64,000 nt of DNA from Octopus vulgaris (taxonomy: Eukaryota): NCBI GenBank assembly GCA_951406725.2, contig OX597820.1, forward strand, positions 52,700,001 through 52,764,000, in the 5' to 3' direction. Each line of letters starts with the position of its first letter. Position 1 is the stretch's first letter. Shown here piece by piece: positions 12,429-24,982 of this stretch. A program made the position numbers and the translations under genes. The notes below the pieces were generated by a model. That model had not been told where the DNA came from, ran no database searches, and saw only the letters and a program-made list of their open reading frames with translations.

Positions 12429-12660
12429 TGTCTGTGTGTGTGTGTGTGTGTGTGTGTTTGTGTGTCTGTAGTTGTCCTCCCAACATCACTTGACGGTGTG
12501 TTTGCGTCCCCGTAACTTAGCGGTTCGGCAAAAAGAGACAGATAGAATAAGTACTAGGTTTAAAAAGAATAAGCTCTGGGGGCCGATTTGCTCGACTAAA
12601 GGCGGTGCTCCAACATGGCCGCACTCAAATGACTGAAACAAGTAAAAGAGTAAAAGAGAG
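12199..12660 (+). mobile_element. SINE family A, full length
   Basis: Complete head aggcgcaggagtggctgtg, internal (TA)n(TG)n and tail gactgaaacaagtaaaagagtaaaagag. Confidence 0.92.
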
Positions 12661-12793
12661 AGTATTATAATTGCGAAGTAATTAATCGTCATAACTGCTA
12701 ATTGAGTCATTTCCGAAAGCTAATTTTAAATTATAAATCTAAGGATTTGACAAAGAAAAATTTCTTAACGTTATCCTTAATATTTAGACTGTT

Positions 12794-13006
12794 TAAGGTG
12801 GCCAGCTGGCAGAATTGTTGGCACGCCGGACAAAACGACTAGCAGTATTTCGTCCGTTTTTACGTTTTGAGCTCAAATCTACCGAGGATGACTTTGTCGT
12901 TCATATTTTCGGGGTCAATAAAATAAGTACCAGATAATCACTGGGGTCAATGAAATTGAATTACCTTGCCCCCGAAATTGCTGGTCTAGTGTCAAAATTT
13001 TAAATC
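12794..13006 (+). mobile_element. SINE family B monomer (short-tail variant) with perfect 15-bp TSD
   Basis: TSD aatatttagactgtt at 12779-12793 and 13007-13021. Head aaggtggccagctggcagaattgttggcacgcc. Confidence 0.85.
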
Positions 13007-13316
13007 AATATTTAGACTGTTATTGTTAAGCATCGTCATTAGCACCGAAGGAATTATATCAAGAGTTAAAATTTTCTTAAGACTCTCTTTGTCATCCTTC
13101 TGCTGAGGTAGCATATGTTTCTATATATGTTTTTATGACGGCTGGATTACCAAACATTCGTTTACTTCCTAAGAATGGTAAAACAACATCATATTGAACA
13201 ATTTTTTTATGAAACTTTCCATTGACACATTTTATCGAAACAAATTTATACTGAAATGACTATAAATCAAATTATATTGAATAAATTTCCAAACAATATT
13301 TTGGAGAATACACACA

Positions 13317-13367
<51 letters not shown>

Positions 13368-13479
13368 TATACATATATAAATGCGTATATATCTACATAC
13401 ATACATACGTACGTACGTAGATACATACATACATAAATACATGTGTAAATGAATATATGTGCGTATGTATGCATGTATG

Positions 13480-13750
13480 TATTTATTTATTGCCGGTTGC
13501 TCCACCCCGTCACAAGAGTGTCATTACTTCATTGAACCTTGCACAACCATGTGCACACAGATGGCTTTTCATCCCAGTTTCCGTTCTGCCAGCACGTTCA
13601 CAGATGTAACACTTGAACTGTCTGTCTCCTGGCATCACCGGAAGAATTATGACCTCGTGTACTTTACCATGATATGATTTTGTGTTTGTTGTTTAATATA
13701 ATTTTGTGAACTTGAACATGAAAACCACATGAGCCAATCTGACAGGGTCC
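13480..13750 (-). mobile_element. RTE-type LINE 3' end encoding a C-terminal C2H2 zinc finger
   Basis: Minus strand 13629->13510 reads GDRQFKCYICERAGRTETGMKSHLCAHGCARFNEVMTLL*, matching the CxxCxRxxxxxxGxxSHxxxH finger at the end of RTE ORFs. Followed by a very short 3' UTR and an (AATA)-type tail. No TGEKP linker, so not a host tandem ZNF gene. Confidence 0.65.
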
Positions 13751-14530
13751 AAAATTCTCTAGATTGTGCGTTTGTTTGATATTTATTACTTTTCTCTACG
13801 ACAGAGGTTTGCGTTGGGATGCGTTAGTTTTGAGTAAGTGAGGTAAACGTCAATTAATTTATAATAGCTTTCTATACGTTAACATCAGGGCTATCAGCCA
13901 TAGCACATACTGGAGATATAACAAGTATTCGACATATAAAAATCCAATGTCTATTGACTGGGATATACTTGAAATCAACCAAATGAACAAATTCCCGCTC
14001 CAGATCCGGCAGGCAAAAAAAAGCGGGGGAAGCAGTATCTAGAATGCCGTCTTGTGCTCAATCGCGGATGTATAAGCATCAACTCTGCAGTTATTATTCA
14101 AGATATGATACAGATTATTCCACTAGAAAGTGGTGGTAGTCAAACAAAAATACAGCCATGTTTAATTCAACTAATCTGCAAATATCCTGAATGTGACAGT
14201 TATACAGTTGCACTATATATAACAATCGATGTAGAATTTGCATTAGAAGAGGAATGAGACAATGGGCTTAAGTGATATATGCTTCCATGATAACACTAAA
14301 TATGCTGTACCCATATCACTGGTATGCCATACGAGGGAAACTAAATCGCCCATTCCGTCCTCAGACTCGGTCGCCTACTTGTGAAAGTTTTAATAAGCAG
14401 TTAGTCTCCTATACCAAGGATACAGTCAAGACCTCGGCAGCAAAGCGTTGAGTAACCAACGACGCCGATAAGACCTAAACCAACAGCTTGAAGGTTATTG
14501 CTACCCAGTGGAATATCTGTACAATGGATG

Positions 14531-14895
<365 letters not shown>

Positions 14896-15258
14896 TATTT
14901 GTTTTCCATTTCGCTCAGTGCAATTATCCCAAAATTCTGGCGTTATTACTGCAAAGTCGATTCACTGAAAATCTAGAAATCAAGTTTTAGATAAAAACCC
15001 TTTTAAATTCTAGTGCTTGTGTCTCCCGTCGGTCGGTGTACGAACATTCGAGAAACTTAAGCAACGAAAATGAACATCTGTTTGAAGCTTTCATAGACTA
15101 CTTTGGAACTACGTGGATTGGGTCTATACGACATGGTTATCATGCTGTTAGTGACGAAAAAAGTGATTTTGCAATCTTTAGCATATAATTCATGAAGCAA
15201 ACACAGGAAAAACATTTTTAAGTCCTCTTACGGATCTTCAGCGTTAAATTTGGGGATG

Positions 15259-15301
<43 letters not shown>

Positions 15302-15306
<5 letters not shown>

Positions 15307-15365
15307 TAATGGTGTCAATGAGACCCAAAAGTGTCAGGTAATGTTGAATAAGTGCTATAGACAGA
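15302..15365. repeat. 64-bp insert in (TA)n, second copy at 48003-48058
   Basis: taatggtgtcaatgagacccaaaagtgtcaggtaatg...taagtgctatagacaga versus taatggtgtcattgagactcaaaggtgtcagataatgctaagtgctatagacaga. Confidence 0.75.
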
Positions 15366-15629
15366 TATATATATATATATATATATATATATCTGCTTAT
15401 AATTCATTATATACTTACAGACATTCTAGATATATATATCTGACGAGCAAGCTCTGCTTTTGAGATTGAAATACTTTTTGAAGCGGAAGAGAAATACCAG
15501 TCTTTCAGATAATGTATATATTGTAAAATACCCCCGATGCACCGGCAACAAATATTTTAAAGGACTGTTCGTATTGCAAGAGAGTGAACTGTTAAACTTT
15601 TGCCTCAAAATGCCAGTTATTGATATACT

Positions 15630-15805
15630 CCTTTCTACTAAAGATAAAAAGCCTGAAATTTGTGGGGAGGGGACTAGTCGATTACTTCGACCCCCGTGTT
15701 ACACTAGCACTTAATTTATTGACCCCGAAAGGATGAAAAGCAGAATTTGAACTTTGAACGTGAAGATGGACGAAATACTGTTAAGAATTTTGCCCGGCCT
15801 GCCAC
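15630..15805 (-). mobile_element. SINE family B short-tail variant, internally deleted
   Basis: gaaatttgtggggaggggactagtcga...gaccccgaaaggatgaaa...gacgaaatac. Confidence 0.7.
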
Positions 15806-17020
15806 TATTATTGATATGATACAGATTCGTTTCAATATTATATAAGTTACCTATCGTCTATCACATACGCAGTCTCCAGTAATTGATGTTGTGTAGTGCA
15901 TAATCAGCCCTGCTACGGCAAGTAGTTTGTCCAAAGCATTTCCGCCGTGATGATCCAGTTTTATTTCAATGCTCAATGACCACTAAATCGCTTTATCAAA
16001 CATGACCATTTTTACAAATTCAAAAGAGATTTTGTTGCTATTTTTAGCAGATCAAATGGTCACATATCAGCTTCACGGAACCTATTTCTTTTTAAGTCAC
16101 TGTTTGTTTTTACAAAAATATCGAGAAAAAAAATCGTTAAATTTAATATATCACTGCTTTTTGTGTTGGTGAGCTCTGTCTCTCTTACACTGGTCATTTA
16201 CATGTTTACAGCTTTCTGTAGTGAAGCATTGAACGTTAAGTGTTTGGGTCACCGAAACAGCAGCGGTGATAGAATATCAAAGCAGAACATTTCATTGCTT
16301 CTTCAAAACAGCATCACTTCAGCAATTTATTTTAACCAAAGGATCGTTGTGCCATCAGTAAATTGCTGTTAATTATTTTATAGTCTATAACGGTATGGTA
16401 ATTGTGATATTATGTTCTTTTGAAGTTCTCTTCGAATGGCATGCGACCTTTTACCCTTTCATTAATGACCCAAACTTGAATGCACATCTCTTAATATTTC
16501 AAGATGGACTAGACGATGGTGGAGAGACAGAAATGAGTGCAAATCTATTATCAAGGTGTTCCACTCGTAACTATCTCGATTCCTAGTGTACCTAGGAATA
16601 TATTATTCAAGGCGGCCTTTTTTTTTAAAAAAAAGATGGTTGAGATTAATTTAAGGAAGACATAGCTACTATTTATAGCAATTAGTTATTGTCATCTACG
16701 TTCTAATTTTAACCATTACTACAACGTTAGTCTCCCCACCTCGAATATGTTGCTTAGCCTCAGGTCAACCCTGTTCGCGCAACTCTATGATCAATGACAT
16801 TTCAGTCGTGACCATCTGTTATATCAGTGACTACACTGTCCTATGTATCCATCTTTATTTACGGTGCACTTATATGCTTAGGTGGTGGGATGATGGTGGG
16901 GGAGGGGGAATTGGTTGCTATTTCCAGCAAGTCAAGTGCTTGACAGTTAAATAACAACTCGATTCAATCAATTATTTTCCACGTTTATAATTTGTTGCTT
17001 TTTACAACTGTTAGAAATTC

Positions 17021-17313
17021 TTTGGGCAAGTGGCTTCTACTATAGCATCAGCCGACGACCAAAGCCTTGTGAGTGGATTTGGTAGACGAAACTGAAAGAA
17101 GCTCGTGATATATGTGTGTGTGTGTGTGTTTGTCTCCCGCCACCACTTGACAAACGTTGCCGGTGTGTTTCCGTCCCCGTAACTTAGCGGTTCGGTAAAA
17201 TATGCCGATGGATTAAGTACTAGGCTTTAAAGTAAAAGTCCTGGTGTCCATTTGCTCGACTAAAGGCGGTGCCCCAGGATGGCCGCAGTCAAATGACAGA
17301 AACATGTAAAAGA
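17021..17313 (+). mobile_element. SINE family A, 5'-truncated
   Basis: Begins at ttgggcaagtg; intact body and tail. Confidence 0.85.
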
Positions 17314-17479
17314 TAAGACAAAAAATATAAACTGCCTTTCCGTGTTGAGTTACTTCTTAAAACGCTATACGTTCGAATTCTTTGAAGACGATATAATCGA
17401 TGAAGTACCCAACTAGCCTGAAAATGTTTTATCTCTTGTGCATGTTTAATTTATTCATAATATATATTGCGTAAGATTC

Positions 17480-18082
17480 AAAAGGCGGCAAGCTGGCAAA
17501 GACGTTAGCACGCCAGGCGAAATGCTTAGCGGTATTTCGTCTGCCGCTACGTTCTGAGTTCAAATTCCGCCGAGGTCGACTTTGCCTTTCATCCTTTCGA
17601 GGTCGATAAATTAAGTACCAGTTACGCACTGGGGTCGATGTAATCGACGTAATCCGTTTGTCTGTCCTTGTTTGTCCTCTCTGTGGTTATCCCCTTGTGG
17701 GTAGTAAAGAAATAGGTATTTCGTCTGCCGCTACGTTCTGAGTTCAAATTCCGCCGAGGTCGACTTTGCCTGTCATCCTTTCGGGGTCGATTAAATAAGT
17801 ACCAGTTACGCACTGGGATCAATATAATCGACTTAATCCGTTTTTCTGTCCTTGTTTGTCCTCTCTGTGGTTATCCCCTTGTGGGTAGTAAAGAAATAGG
17901 TATTTCGTTTGCCGCTACGTTCTGAGTTAAATTCTGCTGAGGTCGCCTTTGCCTTTCATCCTTTCGGCGTCGATTAAATAAATACCAGTTACGTACTGGG
18001 GTCGATGTAATCGACTTAATCCCTTTGTCAGTCCATGTTTATCCCCTCTATGTTTAGCCCCCTGTGGGCAATAAAGAAATAA
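17480..18082 (+). mobile_element. SINE family B trimer (one head plus 3 x 184-bp units) under one TSD
   Basis: Unit starts ggtatttcgt at 17531, 17715 and 17899 (period 184). TSD atattgcgtaagattc (17464-17479) / atattgcacaagattc (18083-18098). Confidence 0.92.
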
Positions 18083-18162
18083 ATATTGCACAAGATTCGA
18101 AAATGACAGATTTGTTGGTTGATTTTCTTGTTAATTTTTTTTTATATAATTGCTCTTCTATT

Positions 18163-18277
18163 CGACGGGCTTCTTTTAGTTTCTGTCCATGAAATCCACC
18201 CACAATGTTTGGGTCGGCCCGAGACTATAGCAGAACACCATGTCGTTGGTAAGCAAGCTACTTACCACACAGCCATT
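18163..18277 (-). mobile_element. SINE family A 5' half, internally deleted
   Basis: cgacgggcttctttt...ggtcggcccgagactatag...ggtaagcaagctacttaccacacagcca. Confidence 0.75.
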
Positions 18278-18294
18278 CTTATATATTATATATA

Positions 18295-18349
<55 letters not shown>

Positions 18350-19340
18350 GTCTTTGTGTGTATCTATTTGTGTGTTGTCTGTAAGCTAGAGCCCTTGATT
18401 TTTTTTTATCAAACTTTATTATTACTTATGACATCCTATGTTTTTTAAGCTTGAATCTGTTCGGAAGCTGCTGAAAGCATATTCTAACACAATAGCTTGT
18501 ACCCTTCTTGCCTTTATCATCATCATAGTCGTCATCATCACCATCATTATAAAGCTCATTATTTTGCATCCGTTTTCTAAGATGGCATGGGTTCTCTAAA
18601 TGGTTAAGAGATCCTTCTCTCAGAACTGACATTTGCGATTGGTTGATTTCTAGAAAAACTTGATGAAGTCTCTTTCGCATATTAACTTGACAAAAAAAAA
18701 AAAAAAGAAAAAAAGTGACACTGAAAATAAAAAAAAAAATCTTCGAAAAATGAAAAACAGAGATAAGGAAAGAAAACAAAAATACAGAAGAAGGATATTA
18801 ATAGAATAGATGATTGGAAGAATGGGTAAAGAGAATGAAAGATGAAAGTAAAAGAAAAATGAACGAATGAGAGCGATGCTTAACTTTGCAGCAGCAGCAT
18901 GCCTTAAAGTTGATGCTTATTCGAAAGGTCAAACTATTGTTATCGCTCCGATAAACTCGCGGTTTCCTTTTGAAGATGGTTCATCATTGCTGCTCCTTCC
19001 TGCCACACACCCTTCAACCATTACCACTTCTACTAGCACCACCACCACCACCACCACCACCACCAGTAACAAACAACAACAACAACAACTTCACTAAGAA
19101 ACAACAACGGCGAAATCAACTGAATTAACAACAAGCGTAGCTACGATCAGCGAGCTCTAATGACATAGCTAATAATATACATACATACATACATACGACA
19201 TATATAAACACTCGCAAGACACACACGCGTCCTACTGCTGCTGCTGCTGCTAATTGTGATCGAGATGTGACACACCAAGGAATGTAAAATCTCTACTGAT
19301 GTGCCATCCTCTTCGCATGTTCTAGGGTGGAGAGAAATTT

Positions 19341-19381
<41 letters not shown>

Positions 19382-19511
19382 ATATCCTGTTCCCGCTTCT
19401 TCCCTAAAACGTCCACAGTCCTCTGACCATGAACAGCCAACTCTTTGAGACACGGATGCTGAGATAAAAACAACAAATGACTCATCTTTGTTCTGATTTT
19501 CGTATTAATAA

Positions 19512-20000
19512 GTGTGGCGGTGGCAGTGATTAGGGTGATAGTGGTGGTGATGGTGGTGGTGGTGGTGGAGATGGTGATGGTGATGGCGGTGGTGTCTAGA
19601 GTGATAGTGGTAGTAGTTGTTATGATGTTAGCGATAGCTATGGTGATGGTAGTGGTTGTGGTATTGATGATGAGAGTAGTAGTAGTAGTAGTGGTGGTGT
19701 TGGTGTGGTTGAAGTGATGGTGACAAGTGATAGTTATAGGCATGGATGTAGTGGTGGTAGTAGCAGTAGTGAATGTCATGATAGTGGTAGTGATATTCAT
19801 GATGGTGGTGGTGGTGGTGGCGGCGGCAGTAGTGATATTAGTGGTAATGGTGGCGGTAGCAATAGTGGTGGTAGTGGGGGAGGATGAGGAGGTGCTGGAG
19901 AAGGTGCCGGAGGAGGTGATGATGGTGGAGATGGTGGTGATATTGGTGGTGTTATTTGCAATGGTGATGACGGTGGTGTTCATGGCATTGATGGTTAGGG

Positions 20001-20031
<31 letters not shown>

Positions 20032-20419
20032 AACAATGCTGGTATTGGTAGATATGCTTGAATTGATGTCGGTTATATTGGGTGTTGGTGTTGGTGCTGA
20101 TGGCAACGGTGCTAATGATGATAATAACATCAGGGGTATTAGCAATGGTGGTGGTGGTGGTTGAGCTGGCAATGAGATTATTGGTTTTGGTGTTTTTCAC
20201 CACAGTGAAGGGTGTGAATATTATACTGGTGTTTGGCGACAGTGGTAGTTTTGGTGTGGAAAAATTTGACCATAGGGTTTGTGAAGGGGAGCGAGATTTT
20301 CGTTGGAGATTGTGTCCGAGAAATTTGGTGACGAATGTGTTTGCAATGACAATGGTGGTGGTGGTGGTGGTGGTGGTGGTGGTGGTGGTGGTGGTGGTAC
20401 TGTAGAAGTAGTAGTGGTT

Positions 20420-20485
<66 letters not shown>

Positions 20486-20600
20486 TTTGGTCAAATCGAA
20501 AACCTAAAGAAGAGAAAGGAACATCTTCAGATGTTTGACACTGAAGTGTGCTGTGCAAAGTGGTATAATGGTTGTGGTGGTGGTGGTGGCGGCACATAGT
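19512..20600. repeat. Large degenerate (GGT)/(GAT)/(AGT)n low-complexity region
   Basis: Directly visible; open in several frames on both strands because of its composition. Confidence 0.85.
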
Positions 20601-20965
20601 TTTAACTGGCGGTGGGGTGTTTGAAGAGATATATTGCAGTAATAAAGCTGGAGGAGACGGGGAGACAAAGGAGCGGTCCGCTCCAGTCGACTTTTTTTCT
20701 TTTTAGAGAGCAGCACTCTTGGATCTGTGCAATATGTCTTATTTTCAATGGGACCTAGTAGGGTGCCAAAGCTCAACGGCTACCCTTGACTTTTACACAC
20801 TTTAGCTACAACACTTAGGTAGTTGTGGTGTTACGGGTGTAGTGTTGGCAGGTGATATTAAGCACCGGGTTACCCTTGACCGATATCACATCTATAACCA
20901 AAAAGCCTTCCAGGATGACCAACCTCGCATTTTACCTATGGGCTTGTAACCGATGACTATACTAT

Positions 20966-21422
20966 ATTGGTTTCAAATTTTGGCACAAGGCTAGCAATTT
21001 CGGGGAGGAGATTAGTCGATTACTTCGACCCCAGTTCTAGACTGGTACTTATTTTATCGACCCCGAAATAATGAAAGGCAAGGTCGATCTCGGTGGAATT
21101 TGGACTCGGACTTAGCGACAGACGAAACGCCGCCCAGCATTTTTCCTAGAGTGCTCACGATTCTACTAGCTTGTTGTCCTAACCGATGACAATATTATCA
21201 AAACTATGTTAAGGCGGCGACCTAGCAGAATCGTTAACGCTCCGGGCAAAATACTTTGAGGGGTTTCATGTTTACGTTCTGATTTCAAATTCCACCGAAG
21301 TGGATTTTGTCTTTTATTTTTTGGGTGCGGGGTCGATAAAATAATTACCAGTTGAGCCCTGGGGTGAATGTAATCGACTTATCCCACCCTTGAATTTGCT
21401 GGTCATGCGCCAAAATTTGAAA
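20966..21422. mobile_element. Head-to-head pair of SINE family B copies (- at 20966-21182, + at 21211-21422)
   Basis: Both contain the core. The minus copy is flanked by taaccgatgactatactat / aaccgatgacaatattat (TSD-like). Confidence 0.8.
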
Positions 21423-22169
21423 TCCGTATCATCAAACTTGTTCTTTTGTAAGACAATGGGGAAGAGTGATCAGAGGTTCATTTCGCTGATATTTCTAACA
21501 CGTCATGCGCCTGCACAAAGATTCTTTTCTTGGCTTTTAGCGGTACTAATATTGGGGTTAGTTGCTATAACATGTTTGTTGTTGCCTGTTCTTTGTTGTT
21601 GTCACATAGATCAAGCTTGACTGAATAAATCTATATCTAAAATATTCCAGCCATGCCCACTTCTTCCCTTTAGAGGAAAGGTTACACTAACCAATCTGTC
21701 CTGCTTTTTTTTTTTTCAACACAAAAGTGTAAGATTTTAGGTGAAATTTGCTGTTTTTGTAGCAGAGACCAAGAATTAGGTTCCCTCTTGGATATCAATG
21801 ATGTTGCTACTGATATAAATGATGGCGGTTTTGTTAGTGGTGGTGGTGGTGGTGGTGTTGGTGATGGTGGTGGTGGTGGTGGTGGTGGTCGGGTGGCGTT
21901 GGTGGTTGTGGTGGTGGTGATGGTGGCGGTGGTCTTGGTGGTAATGACGGCGGTGGTGGTTCTGGTGGTAATGAAGTTATTAATGTTCATGGTTGTTGGT
22001 ATGATGATAGTGATCGATGTTCCTAGTCTGTTACAGGATATATCAATTATTGTAAGTGTTGGTGGTGATGGATCCGATGATGGCATTGAACGTAGTATTG
22101 TCTCAGTCTCAATGAGAGCAGCTAAGCATCTAATGACGATAATGATGATAATAACGGTGATAACAATAA

Positions 22170-22384
22170 ACCTTTCTACTAAAAAGCACAAGGCTTGAAA
22201 TTTTGGGGCATGGGGAAAGTCGATCACAATGACCCAAGTACTCGACTGGTACTTAATGTATCGACCGCGAAAGGAAATGCAAATTCGACCTCGGCAGAAT
22301 TTGAACTCAGAACATAAAGACAGACGAAATGCCGCTAAACATTTTGCCCAGCGTGCTACCAATTCTGCCAGCTTGCTGCCTTAA
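22170..22384 (-). mobile_element. SINE family B monomer
   Basis: Tail ctttctact..aagcacaaggc through head attctgccagcttgctgcctt. Confidence 0.8.
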
Positions 22385-24236
22385 ACTTTTACTGAATAAT
22401 GATAATTTTCGAAGTTTACCGCAGCATGTTTTGAACGCTTTAATAAGTCTTCCAATCTAATTATTATTTTAGTTTCCACCCATCTGAAATACAATGAGTA
22501 CAATACAAAGAACGGGGTATGGCACCGAGGGGTTTTAGATAGAACAAAAAAAAATATTTCTGACAATCAAAAACATTTTTTCTGACAATCAAAAACATAT
22601 CACAGTCGATTCCCTCTTCATGAAACATACCTCACACTCTACTTCTTAACTGCGTATAATACTACACTTAATTATATGACTCTGGTAAATAATATTCCAA
22701 TTCCTTTACTATAATTTCACCCTCCAATCTCTCTCATGATAATTAACCTCACATTCCATTCCATCATCATGAACAGAATGTCACATTCCTCTACTTGACT
22801 AAAATATCAATGTCAAACTACAGAATATTACATTACACTTCATCACCGTGGCATATACAGCAGCGCAGTCCAATCCTCCCAATACAGCACTGTACCATGA
22901 TGGTGAAGAATACCAAGTCACACACCTTGGTTTGGTACAAAATATGATACTATTCTCTTCTTCCCCCTTGCAAAATGGAAAAACATGAACCCGCTAATAC
23001 ACGACTGATATATCCGCCGCCGCTCCTTCAATATCATTCTCTTCCTTTTCTTCCACTTCCCCTCCTCCTCCTCACCACCACCACCATCGCTATCATCATT
23101 TTCTTCCGGTTGTTCCTCATCATCCTCATCAACATTACCATTTTCTTCATCATCTTTGTCAACATCATTGTTTTCATCATCGTCATCATTTCCATTATCA
23201 CCACCATCATTAACAATCAACTAATACTTGTATTCATCAATCCTTTCATACATTTATCAATCATAATCATCAATTCGTTTATCAATCACCGTTAATCATC
23301 ATCTATCCAACACATAAACCTTATCAATCCATCCATCAATCATCTCTGCATCATTCACACTCCATCATTCATAACAAATCAACAGTTTCGCTCATCGATC
23401 AATCATCAATCTTTACTTCAAACCATACACTTTCCTAAGCATTGTTATCCACCTTTAAATTCTTCTTAATCACCAGCTCACACATTACCCAAAGGTAACT
23501 GGACACATCAAGACAGCCACTTACTGCTTCCATGAACAGATACCTCAAAAACATTCTCCACACAGGACATAAATTTCTATCAAGCACACTGACCTAATCC
23601 ATTATTTTCATAATGAAAATGGTCTAGTAACACTACACTAAACGATACAGCTCATTCCTGCTAAGCCTCACAATCTGATGTCATTCTACAGTGAACGCAG
23701 ACCGGTAACATTATCCTAATAACATCACAAAGGCTAGATGTCTTTCCTCTTAAGGGTCAATAAATAATTTCACCTTCATAAATTGCTAACCCTTCAAGAG
23801 AGCATAACTACAATTATAAAATATAATTCTAACATGGTTTACATAACTGGAACAGTGTCTCTGCAGACAACTTAAATTACATCATCCCTTTCTTTAGCTA
23901 ACGTCCGAAGATCTACTACTCAGTAAACGACAAACGTTTGCACACACTTCTCAATAAGTATTGCTCACAAAGGACCCTTCCTATTCACACGAATCTCTTT
24001 TGCTGTCTAGTAACACAAATCACACAACATAAACAACTATACATCGTATACATTCACACGCCTTGATTAAATAAGAGCAAATGCGCTTCCATTTTTTTTT
24101 CAAACTCTAACTACCCATAGAGGGCGAAATAGCTTAGTCACATAGGAAAATAGTATCTCAATTCATTCAAGAATGCATATATGTACGTATGTGTGTGTCT
24201 GTGTGTCTGTATCTGTGTATTTATATATGTATATAC

Positions 24237-24443
24237 ACTTTACACTTTTACTTGTTTTAGTCATTTGACTGCGACCGTGCTGGAGTACCGCCTTTAGTCG
24301 AGCAAATCGATCCCGGGACTTATTCTTTGTAAGCCTAGTACTTATTCTATCGGTCTCTTTTGCCGAACCGCTAGGTTTCGGGGACGTAAACACACCAGCA
24401 TCGGTTGTCAAGCAATGCTAGTGGGACAAAGATAGATACACAA

Positions 24444-24516
<73 letters not shown>

Positions 24517-24649
24517 CTCCACTCACAAAGCTTTGATCGGCCCGAAGTTATAATAGAAGACACTTGCCCAAGGTACCACGCAGTGCGAATGAACCCGGAA
24601 CCATGTGGTTGGTAAGCAAGTTACTTACCACACAGCCACTCCTGCGCCT
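24237..24649 (-). mobile_element. SINE family A
   Basis: Reverse complement of tail, (CA)n(TA)n tract and head ccacacagccactcctgcgcct. Confidence 0.9.
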
Positions 24650-24681
24650 TTATACATACACATAATTGTATGTATGTGTGT

Positions 24682-24825
24682 GAGGGTGCATGGCCTAATG
24701 GAGTGTTGTACTCAGGATCGCGAGATCGTAGTTTCAATTCCTGGACTGGGTGATGCGCTGTGTTCGTGAGCAAAGTACTTTCTCTTACGTAGCTCTGTGA
24801 TCACTTCAGCACCAGATGTGTTGAA
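24682..24825 (+). mobile_element. SINE family C, older subfamily (like 789)
   Basis: gagggtgcatggcctaatgg...cgagatcgtagtttcaattcctggactggg...ctctgtgatcacttc. Confidence 0.65.
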
Positions 24826-24929
24826 GAGCAGCAAGAGAATGAGTCGATCAAAACAAAATATATTGCAAATTTCTATTATGATACTGTATACTCTATTTTC
24901 AGACAGTCAACTCTACACCGCCTCTGTGG

Positions 24930-24982
<53 letters not shown>

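Noticed and set aside
13105-13126. let-7-like seed tgaggtag
   Set aside because: The rest does not match let-7 and there is no precursor hairpin.
17531-18082. CRISPR-like or ribozyme-containing tandem array
   Set aside because: The units are contiguous 184-bp SINE bodies with no unique spacers and no cas genes. I found no CUGANGA/GAAA hammerhead core on either strand of the unit.
18426-18779. Possible terminal exon after a polypyrimidine tract (minus strand)
   Set aside because: No recognisable protein similarity, no partner exons, and it includes a (GAT)n-derived acidic run.
19147-20172. 341-aa Thr/Ile-rich ORF (mucin-like appearance)
   Set aside because: It is the translation of degenerate (ACC)/(ATC)n repeats. 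Overlapping frames on both strands are also open, and there is no domain or convincing splice structure.
22918-23220. Acidic D/E-rich ORF with a basic cluster
   Set aside because: Derived from degenerate (GAT)/(GAG) repeats; the opposite strand is equally open.
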